Shown here: piece by piece, positions 53,684 through 64,000 of the stretch
Layout: the number at the start of each line of letters is the position of its first letter
Numbering within the stretch: position 1 is the first letter of the stretch
Source: Octopus bimaculoides
Taxonomy: Eukaryota
Direction: 5' to 3'
DNA length: 64,000 bases
NCBI RefSeq assembly: GCF_001194135.2
Contig: NC_068985.1
Location: forward strand, 21,058,325-21,122,324
Notes under the pieces: model-generated
Seen by the model: the letters and a program-made list of their open reading frames with translations, nothing else
Databases searched by the model: none
Told to the model about the DNA's origin: nothing
Program-made: the position numbers and the translations under genes

Positions 53684-53756
53684 GGTCGCTGCCGTGAATC
53701 GAACTCGGAACCTTGGGGTTAGTAGCCCGGGCTCTTAACCACTACGCCATATGCCC
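53684..53756 (-). promoter_or_regulatory. tRNA-like Pol III internal promoter in the inverted pLTR arm
   Basis: A-box TGGCGTAGTGG, B-box GAGTTCGATTC and anticodon-like loop CT-ACT-AA. The acceptor stem does not pair. Confidence 0.7.
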
Positions 53757-53844
53757 GTGGGCAATTATGGGGGTGAATTTTAAGGCTTATAAATCTATTA
53801 TTTTTCTATCCTTCCTCAATACCGGTTCCCATATGCTATTCATA

Positions 53845-54009
53845 TCTGAAGTTAAAATAATAGACAGGGAACAACACTGGAAAATACGAAAACTAAAAGA
53901 AGCAGCACATATGCTAGGACACAACAACCTCCTAAGCAGACCGAGTGCAGATATGAATAGCATATGGGAACCGGTATTGAGGAAGGATAGAAAAATAATA
54001 GATTTATAA
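53845..54009 (+). pseudogene. GIY-YIG endonuclease C-terminal fragment of a Penelope-like element
   Basis: SEVKIIDREQHWKIRKLKEAAHMLGHNNLLSRPSADMNSIWEPVL matches the I+D.E..W..RK+KEA motif of PLE endonuclease ends. Confidence 0.85.
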
Positions 54010-54038
54010 GCCTTAAAATTCACCCCATAATTGCCCAC

Positions 54039-54111
54039 GGGCATATGGCGTAGTGGTTAAGAGCGCGGGCTACTAACCCCAAGGTTCCGAGTTCGATTCA
54101 CGGCAGCGACC
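54039..54111 (+). promoter_or_regulatory. tRNA-like Pol III internal promoter in the direct pLTR arm
   Basis: A-box 54046-54056 and B-box 54089-54099. One substitution relative to the minus-strand copy. Confidence 0.7.
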
Positions 54112-57100
54112 TGATTAATAATAATAATAATATATTAATAATAATAATAATAATAGTAACATCGATAGGAATGAGAAGGCTGGAGGGTATATCAGCCGAA
54201 ATGTTGTGTTAACAACAAACAAGATGAGGACGAATATCCGTCAAATGTAGATAATGTAAATAATGAAATATTCTGACCAGTTATGTAATCAGTAATATAT
54301 TACACAATGATATATAAAATGTTTAACAAATATGCAATGCAATACAGGCCAAAGACAGGTTAACAAAATATAGTAACATACATTTAAGCTTACACTAGAG
54401 ATGTGACAATACATAGACAAAGATATTAGTGTGAGCAAGAGAGGGATAGAGAAAGTCATAAAATCTAGAACATAGATTTAATTTTCAATTAAACTGTTTC
54501 ATTTTACATAAACCTTACACCTTCACTTTCTAGCCACCATAGGTTGCAGAAACTATCTACTATATCTAGCAAGTTGTCTTTAGTACTCCATAGGCTTTAT
54601 TTTGAGGGACTACACCTAAATACTTTTACATTTTTCATCTGATGATCTGGTCCTTATCAGTCTACCAAAATATCACTACACAGTACTTTTTTCTAATAAC
54701 TCACTTAACTGCTCACACACTAAGAATTAAACTCTATCCCATAAATACTTATTATTCTAGAGCCCAAACAATTTTCAGTCTTAACAGAATATGTTGCAAT
54801 TCTTGCCTTCATACTTTCAAAATTGTCTTGTAGAATACTAGTACAGTCTCTTAAGAGATGTTTTTCATCATTATAATCATTGACTGATTAAAGTCTTGTT
54901 AAATGTCAAATAATTTGTAAATTACCTCCTTTTTTAGCTTACTAAAATGATTTATTTTGGTGCCACATTTTTATAAAAATTTATTGCATGTTTCTTCAGT
55001 AAGATATTGAAACTGTGAAAAAGCTGATTAGCTGAACTTTCATGATATCCAAAAGCTTTAAGTGTTTCCTTAATCACAATAATATTTCTCTATTTTTAAT
55101 GTAACAAGGCAAGTAACCTAAATTAATTTTGTGATACATTAAAGATTATTTATTTTTTATTGAATATCAGTATTCTATTTGCAATACATTTGTTTGATAC
55201 AATACCTCCAGTCTGATAGTTTTTGGAGATTTTAAGTTTATTTTTATTTGATTTCAAATATAATATTTGAAGCTTGGTAGAAACCACAAGCTAATATTTC
55301 TTTTCTACCAGCTATTGTAGTTTAAATCATAATTTATTTCATTAATTTCTTTTAGTTACCCCAACCAGCAAAACAATCACTATGCCCTCTCTGAAGCTAC
55401 TGCTTGTTTGGCTTATGTGAATATAAATTTATATAAAATATTGATATCCATTTAAATTCACCTACATGAGTTTGAATATAAGCATACATGCACATAAATT
55501 TGTTTTGTGTGCTATATATTTGCATCCAAATACAAAAATATTCATGTAACTGTAAAACTATGTGTACTAATTAAGTCATACATAACAGTTTGTGTTTGTA
55601 ATTTGTATAAATACAGTAAAAACTCTTTCATCTTTACATCCTTAATCACACTCTACAGGAGTATATTGTAAAGAACAATATTAAAGGTTCTACAGTGATA
55701 TATCTATGTAAAACTGTAAACTTAGTTGATTTTCACTTATTTCCTTTGCTGAAGATTCTCTAGGTTTCTTATGAATCTAAAAAAAAGACCTACTTTTTAA
55801 TTTATTATATTCTGTTTTAGATTCTCAAGAGAAGAAAACTTGAAATAGTTAGATATTTTAGATGTTAATATATTTAAATATATTTTAATCTCAAGATATA
55901 AGAGTTTCCAAACTGACATCCATGGGGACAAGAGAATACAAGTTCTGCAACCATATATTACTATTTTGACTCTTCTTACATCTTCATCCACCATGGTGTT
56001 TTTTTGCCTTTGCAGCAATGAATATGTAAATATTTTGTTAAGAAAATGTGTTATCATAAAATTAAAAGGAAGTATTGTACTTTAAGTAGTTTAAATAGGT
56101 TTACATATTTAATTTAATAGTTCATGTAATATATAATTGCGAAGTGACAGTAAATGCATGGAAGTAAATGACAATCAATCTCTTTTGTTAAATCATTGAA
56201 AAGATGGTTGCATTGTTTCATTACACTTTGACTCAATATTGTAACAGATTTATAGTTAGATTAAGTCTAAGAATTTTTTTAATGTCCTCAATTTTGGTTC
56301 TTTTTTAATAATATTATCTCTAAATGCATTAAAAGAGAATATTTCATATTCTTTTTTTACTGGTGTTTACTCTAAGCTTCATTTATTTTGGCATATCTAT
56401 TTACAAAACTAAAATGTCAATAAGAAAATTATTGAATTTTTAAATAGAATTTAAGGGGAGTTTGTTTTTTGTTTTTCTGTTAGTTTTCATTTATTTTTCT
56501 ATTTGTCCCAAGCAAAAATATTTAAATACATAAAAAGTGTTGCTTTCCTTCATTATTTCTGATATTAGTTTTTCTTCTTTAGTTGTGAGCTAATCTACTT
56601 TGAAAATACACTTCAAAATGTTAAAATTATATAAAAAAAAAAATTTTTAAAAAGAAGAAAAATCAGTGAACGTCTGTGTATATGTCTTTTAATATGTGAA
56701 ATTAAAACAACTGTGTTTATGTTTTATTCTATTCATATTTCTTGCTTTCTTATAATTTTCTGTTTCTTTGTGCAAAATAACTGAATCGATTACAAGAAGT
56801 TTTCAAAAATATTAATAAAATTACATCTAAACACAGCCATACTTTTAATTTCACATATAGGCATAGGAGATGGGGGTGGGTTTAATAAAATATCAACAAA
56901 AATTACAAATATATTTTTTTATAAATTGTGTAATCCCCCTTTATATAACAGTCTATTAACCATACAACTCATAAATTACAAAATGTGATTCCAGGAAGAA
57001 ATAAAACCCACTTAAAGTTATTCATAACATTTGCTATAATGGATCCAAAGGAAAACTTTTTGAGCATTTCTTGATAAAATAGTAGAATTCAAATTAGAAT

Positions 57101-57349
57101 TTTACAAATTTTATTTTTCCCGCACAATTGTAGTCTGTGTATTTGGTGGAACAGATTATAAACACAAAATTCTAGAACCAATTTTGTTTACTAAAATTAT
57201 AAATTGCTCTTTCTTCCTGGCTCTTATTTTCCTGTTTTAGTTTCCAATTTCTGCTTGGGTTTGTTACACAATTTTATAGAATAAGCACTTAGGATATTGA
57301 TTCTTTATTTTTACTTTAATTTTCCCAATCATTAAAAAAAATTCAGCTG

Positions 57350-58770
57350 GCATTTTCTATCAGAAGAATCATCAGAGTGTTGAACAAAATGCCTTGTAGT
57401 ATATAATTAGAGCTATAGGTTAAATTCCACTGTGGTTGACTATGCTGTTCATCCTTCTGAGATCTGTAAAATAAAGTACCACCTAATTTGAGACCCATCA
57501 AACACACCAACAAAGCTGGAATCTTCCTGCTTAAGTATTTGAAACAATCACTGTTTCAGTGTTTCAACACATGCTTTACACACTATATGAGGTGTCCAAG
57601 CTTTGTCTTGATCACCCAGTTTCATGCCAAAGTAAGCTTTCTTCACAAAATCTGTGATTTTGTTTCGCTGCCTATATAAAGTGTAATGTCCACAATTATA
57701 GCAGAAGACATCAGGGATGCTTTTGCATTTTCTTCTCTCACAACTAGCAAAATGGATTTCATTTTTGAAATCAGCATCCCAAAATTGCTAGAAAACATAT
57801 CTCCAACACCAAACAACAAAAGCCATGTTCCCCACACAAAATTTTAGAACCAATTTTATACTGACATTGATATAATCAACTGATTCCCCTCTGAAAAATG
57901 TTGGACTTGGTACCTATGTGAGAAATTATTACTGGGGCTGTGGACTGGCAGAATCATTAGAACATTAAACCAAATGCCTAGTAGTTATAAATTCAGATTC
58001 CACCAAAGTCAATTTTGTCTTTTATCCCTCTGGGGTTGAAAAAGTAATGTACCAGTCAAGTACTGGAGTTGATGTTACTCAACTTGTCCCTCCCCTCAAA
58101 ACTGTTGACTTTGTGTCTAAATTAGAAACAGCTATTATTATTGAAGGTAATGAACTGACAGAATTGTTACCACATCAAACGATATGCTTAGCATTATTTC
58201 TTTAGGCTCTTTACATTCTAAGTTCAAATCTTGCCAAGGTCAACTTTTCCTTTTAGGATTGATAAAATAAAGTACTAGAATCAATGCAAATGACTTGCCT
58301 CTCCTCCCAAAATTGTTGGTTTTGTGCCAAAATTTGAAACAATTATTATTATCATTATTATTATTATTGTTGTTATTATTATTAGAGGTAGTGAAGGCAA
58401 TGTGTTGGAAGAATCATTAGCATAGCATGCCATGCAAAATGCTTAGCAGCATTTCATCTGTCTTTACAATCTGAGTTATAATTCCACCAAGGTCAACTTT
58501 GCTTTTTATCCTTTCAAGGTCGATAAAATAGATACCTGTTAGGCACTTGGCCAAATGTAATCAACTTAATCCCTCCCCATAAATCGCTGGCCTTGTGCCA
58601 AAATTTGAAACCATTATTAGGGGTAGTGAGTAGAAAAAGCAGTTAAGCTTGGGTTGACTTTGCCTGAAGTATGCTTTAGGAATTGATAAAATATCAGACA
58701 AGTACTGGAATAAATTAAACTGAATATTCCCTTCCCAACATTTGTAGCTTCGTGCCTATGCTAGAAAAAA
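57350..58770 (+). repeat. Cluster and head-to-tail array of family B SINE units separated by (ATT)n
   Basis: Repeated ggcagaatc.ttag...gttcaaat...gtcaactttgc...gataaaataagtac...cttgtgcc units, with unrelated sequence at about 57490-57860. Confidence 0.8.
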
Positions 58771-61700
58771 TTATTATTCTAACTATCTTATAGAAACAAA
58801 TCTTAATATTGGACCAGAACTTGTTCAGCTACCAACTGAAAAATTATTTTGTTTGTAATATATATTGTAATTATTATTAACTGATATTTTCATTAACCTT
58901 TTTTGTAATTAGTTAATAATAAATAACTAATACGGAGAAAGAGTGTTTCCTTTGACAACTTGAGGCTGTGTACCAAAGAGCTTGCAAAATTTCTTTTTAT
59001 GTTTAAATATACAAAATAAAACATCAGAAGAATTTTATTTCTTGCTATAACATTGAACTAAAAGGTTCCAATTAGTTGGTGGCTTTTGTCTCATCTTTGT
59101 GAACCTCCAATTTCCTAAGGGAACCAAGGACTGGAATATTTTTTAAAGCCTTTTTAATATATAAATTTTCCCTGTTATAATGCTGCACTAAAATTATCAG
59201 AAATAATTGGTAATCTCTTCAAAAAATCCTCCATTCATAAATTTTATAGCTTGCTTGGTAAATGAAACTAAAATACCACTCTTTAGCAACATTCGTATTC
59301 AAACAAATTTAAATTAGAAAAATTAAGTTTGGAGAAAATAAAATTCATTTTGATCCTAAAATAGATGTTATTGCAAAAAAAAATATACAAACTCCTCCTT
59401 AGCAACTTATTCTTACAGAGAAAGTGGTTAAGCTGAACTTCAATATGCAATAATATGAATGTTTATAAATATATATATATACATACACTATACCCACCAG
59501 ATATAAGAAAAGCCACAAAAATTCTTTATTATGAATATCTTCTTATTTAATTTTTCTCTTTATATTTTACAAATTTGTTTCTAATTACATTTACAGCAGT
59601 CTTTTTAGAAGCTGTTAAATCTGTTGTTGTAAGAATTTTTTCTATTATTTTATATTTACATATAAAAGTGTTTATTGACAACAAAGCTTTCTTTTTTTTT
59701 GCATGCTAATACAACCATATAAGGAGTTATCAAGATCAATCTTTAAGTTTATCCATAATTTGTATATCTTTTAATGTATGGTTGTAAATTAAAATCTAAG
59801 ATTGTGTAACTTTTCAGTGTCTTAAGTTATGATTTAGCTTCAGTAAGATACTCTAAGCTTATTAATACTGAAAAGAGTAAATATTGAATTCATTAACTGT
59901 ACCTGTGATTATACTTCAAACACATACAAATATATACATCATAAATACATGTAAGATAGTGTGTATGAGTATTGAGGTGTTTGTGTGTTTTCTAAATTGA
60001 GAAAATAAAGAAAAGTTGTGCAGAAAGAAATCACAAACATATCATTTATAACATGGGATGTCAAAGAATATCTTTAATGATCTTTCTAACCATTAAGAGT
60101 ATAACTTTCTAATGCACACTATTTTATAAATCCACTAGATTTGTGCATGTGTATATGAATGACAGCATTTTTTTTTTTCTTGGTATATTGAAATATGATC
60201 TTTCATTCAATTTGCTTTTTTGCTACAATGTTTTACCAAGCTCAATAACCAATAGTGAAATTCAGTAAATCTATTTGCTTGTTTGTTTCATATTTTAATG
60301 TGATTTTTATATATTTTTTCTACTTTCTTCACTTGCTTTATCAATGAATCTATTCTATCATTTTCTTTTAATTATTTTTATAGTTTAATTATCCAATGTT
60401 AATTTTCAATGGAGAATAAAAGAAAACATCTTCATTGAGTTATCCTAAGTACTGAACACATAGATAACTTTAAAGACTATATACAGTGGTCTAAAATACT
60501 GGACATATAGATATGGCAGTTACAAAAACAATTTTTTAAATGATATAAGTACTTAATAAATACGCTTCACTTTCAACCAAATTGATCTAATATTTTTCCG
60601 GAAAAAGTTAATTTTTAGATTCATATTTGATAAGAAATATCTTACTAAAAATGACTTCTGCTCTGAAATTTTGTATATCAAAAAGATGATATGCTTAATA
60701 TTTTGGAAACTAATTAATACTTTTAATTTCAAAATTTCCTTAATATCATTTAATTGCAAATCACAAGATATTGGGTCAACCCTTTACAACATAATCTGGA
60801 ATTCTCACCAAAGATTTTTGTATTTGCAGATTATTTATATTGTTATTTTTACAAGAACTATTATTTGACTAACCCAAATAAAAATGGTTATACTTTTCTA
60901 TCATGATAATTGGAAATATATTTTGTTTACAAAAGATTTTAATGAATACATATTGATATAGTAACTTAGAATCATAGAAAATAAGCTGTGATGTACATGT
61001 CCAAATTCTATAAATTAGTTCTCAGTTCTAATATTATTTTCTAATATAGTTGCATGCCTTCTATGTAATGATTTTATATGAAAAGAAAATCTAGTTTTCA
61101 CCCTCCTTACAAGCTAGTTGATACATTTCTTTACTGTAGTTATTCACATATAATTTCAGAATTGTATTTTTGATGATGAGATAAAACTGTCTGCAAATTA
61201 AGAGCTATATTTTTTTTCCTAAAATATGAAATTGGATTTACTATAACAATTCAATTTGTAGCATTCTTGGAATTACAAATAAAAATATAATATAAATCAA
61301 CTGACTTTTAAGTCTTTAAATAATGTAAAGAATGTTTAGATAATTGGATCGTCAAAGACTTTATTTGAAATTTTTTTTTTTTTTAATAAATTTGTGTGTG
61401 TAATTGTGGCTGAGCTCAATTTTTAGCAAGTAAATCACTTAATCAGCTTTTAAAAGTCATACAATTGACTTACTGTGGCATTAACACAAGGATTGCTATT
61501 TTATCCATCTTTGAATGTAAAATAGATGGTGTTGATAACCATTCCAGATAATGAGCAAAAATAGAGGATGATTTTCAAAGATTAAAATTTTTCCTATTAA
61601 ATACATAATGTACCACAAGATACAATTTCTTTTTCCAAAATTGAATTCACTATTAAGAATGGTAGATTCAGTTTATTCTAAATATAATGCTCTACCTCAA

Positions 61701-61939
61701 ACTCTAAATAAGTTAAAGGGTTACTGTTCACAAAACGCATTTAATTCCCTCTAAAAATGTACATATGGATAAATGAGTTTTGGTATATTATAACAGATTT
61801 ATTGAATATACTGCAATCCAAAATAGTTTGGTGATAAAGAAAGAAATTCACCAGGAAAGTTTTTTTTTTTTAATGTTAATATTATCATTAAGTCTGGAAG
61901 AATGGATAGTGCTTATGACCTTAACAGGGCCCCTAATAG

Positions 61940-62330
61940 ATCGATGCCATTAATGTTCTATTTAAACTATTGCAAGTCATCAACTGGAGAGAGGAAATTC
62001 CAGAAGGTTAACATTCTGGGGATGAAGAACTGAATGGAGAACCTGAGATTGTGAACACAACATAAATAATTAGAGGGGAGAAAGGTGAATCAAGAGTGCT
62101 TGAGTAAATATGGCACAAGACCAGCCATCTTTGAGGGGCAGAGGCCACCTTTTATAGTTGTAGTAGAAAAAGCAATGAGAGAAGACAGTATGTCTGTGAA
62201 TAATTTTATATTACTTAATTGACTGGCCTTCCTCTGAATAATCTAGGATGCCTCTGTGTGTGCATGCATGTCTGTGCATGTGTAGCAGCAATACCTGTCC
62301 AGATGTGGAATGAGTTCTCTCTTATGGGTC
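61940..62330 (-). mobile_element. Decayed CR1/L2-like LINE 3' fragment
   Basis: Minus strand gives MAGLVP...FIPRMLTFWNFLSPV.DLQ.FK.NINGIDL, resembling FIPRT..LWN.LP...FK..IN. Confidence 0.6.
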
Positions 62331-62809
62331 TCAAACTAAAACTATTTCTTTTTATGGGTAGTAATACCATTTTTTTTAATCCCTGTCTATGTAGAACTTT
62401 CAGTTTAGTAATTCTACTATATGTATATTTAATTATAATAATTATATTATATTATCTATAAGGAACAATCTACTGAAATACATTGGGATTAGAACATGTT
62501 TTCCAAATTATGTTCTGCATTTCATTAACATATATTAGATAAATTTATCCTTGTAAAAGCCTCAAAGTTAATTGACAAAATCCTTCAACAAACAGCTTCT
62601 ATTTATTTACCCAGTGTTCACAAAAGAATTTGAATCTGCTTCCCAAGTTAACGTTTCTAACAGTTATTACGTTTCTCTAATCAGAACCTATCTTTTTCTT
62701 CCATGTTTCTTGCATTGTTTAAAATGAGAACAAATAATACTGTAGCACTGAGTTTTTATCAACTGTATCCCCCTTTTCTTATAATATAAGGATATGAATT
62801 TTATTAAAT

Positions 62810-63345
62810 GTGAGTTTATGTCACCATGGTTGACTTTAACTTCCATCCTTTTGGGGTCAATAAATTAAGTATCAGTTGAGCAGTGGGATCCATGTAATTA
62901 CCTTACCCCCTCCCTCAGGTTGCTGGTCTTGTGCCAAAATTTGAAACCAATATTATTACATTTAAGACAGCAAACTGGCAGAATCATTAATATGCCAGAT
63001 AACATGCTAAGTGAGATTTTGTCTGTCTTTACATTTTGAGTTCAAACTCTATCAAGGTTGAGTTTGTCTGGCATCACTTTAGCATTGATAAAATAAGTAC
63101 CAGTTGAGCACTGGGGTAAATGTAATTGACTAGCCCTCTCACATCAAATTTCAAGCCTTGTACCTATAGTAGAAAGGATTAATATTATATGTAAAGATGG
63201 TAAGCTGGTGGAAGCATTAGCACAAGGGACAAAAATGCAGCATTTTTTCTAGCTCTTTACTTTCTGAGTTCAAATGCTGCCAAAGTCAACTTTCATCCTT
63301 TCAAGGAGTCAAAAAAGTTATTTACCAGTTGAATACTGAGGCCAA
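62810..63345 (+). repeat. Head-to-tail array of three family B SINE units
   Basis: Same unit as 12301-12518. Units end either ccaaaatttgaaacc or cctatagtagaaag. Confidence 0.8.
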
Positions 63346-63832
63346 TGTAATTGACACCACAGTATCAACCAGATTATTAGATGTTATATACCACTGGTCA
63401 CAATGCACTTTGCACTGTTTTAGCTTTTGAATGATACCACTATGCAGGAAAGGAAACATTCTCCTGAATAGAATATCAGCCTATTGCAGAGTTCCCCTTT
63501 TACAGCTGAGTGAACTGGGACAACATGAAATGAGGTGTTTTTTTTACTCAAGAACACAATGTACTGCCAGTTTGAGAATCAAAACCATGATTTTATGATG
63601 AATACAATATCCAAATCATTAATTAGCGTACCCACCTCTGAAATTTCTGGCCTTTGTACCAAATTTAAAAAGAACATTATATGTATTCCTTACTCAAGAA
63701 TATTTCTGTTAGTTTTTACAACTACTTGAGATTTACTTAAATTGTGTTAACTACATGTTAATTTTCACATTTTAATACTTCATGGATATTTGCTTACACT
63801 TCATTCTGTTAGCTAAACATCCAGACACATGC

Positions 63833-63877
<45 letters not shown>

Positions 63878-64000
63878 CACACACATACCTACATCATCAT
63901 CATCATCATCATCGTTTAACGTCCGCTTTCCATGCTAGCATGGGTTGGACGATTTGACTGAGGACTGGTGAAACCGGATGGCAACACCAGGCTCCAGTCT

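Larger units (their letters stand above)
53461..54262 (+). mobile_element. 5'-truncated Penelope-like element with inverted pLTR copy (fold-back)
   Basis: Arms 53461-53848 and 53948-54262 are nearly identical, with a 99-bp spacer. GIY-YIG C-terminus present. 12-bp TSD atgaaatattct at 53449-53460 and 54263-54274. Confidence 0.9.

Noticed and set aside
53684-54111. Possible genuine tRNA-Ser(ACT) genes
   Set aside because: The acceptor stem does not pair, the T-stem has a mismatch, there is no long variable arm, and both copies are inside a retroelement repeat.
54300-61900. Long repeat-poor AT-rich tracts as an extended 3' UTR with AU-rich or Pumilio motifs
   Set aside because: Motif frequency cannot be distinguished from base composition by eye, and the transcript end is unknown.
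62140-62160. TATAAAAGG on the minus strand suggesting a solo LTR or promoter
   Set aside because: It lies within a decayed CR1/L2-like coding fragment and no TG...CA boundaries were found.

Overview
AT-rich, microsatellite-rich eukaryotic draft scaffold with 8 N-gaps. The SINE/LINE families and (TA)n-flanked gaps suggest a cephalopod (Octopus-like) genome; this is inference, not searched. One host gene is supported: the 3' part of a STAC-like (SH3 and cysteine-rich domain) adaptor on the + strand. Six phase-compatible GT-AG exons (21572-48524) splice into one frame encoding a Ser/basic linker and tandem SH3 domains ending CPLKYLLEV*. The C1 domain exon(s) were not found and two upstream microexon candidates are unresolved. 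The rest is intronic or intergenic DNA with decayed RTE and CR1/L2-like LINEs, two mariner copies, two Helitron remnants, a Ty3/gypsy integrase plus LTR, and many tRNA-derived SINEs. The most notable pattern is a set of long inverted repeats carrying type I hammerhead-ribozyme motifs typical of Penelope-like elements. The best example (53461-54262) is a TSD-flanked fold-back with a GIY-YIG tail, a tRNA-like Pol III head and a hammerhead. Every complete ribozyme core found lies antisense to STAC, and the sense-strand partner copies are disabled. No folding or database searches were run; all calls are by eye.
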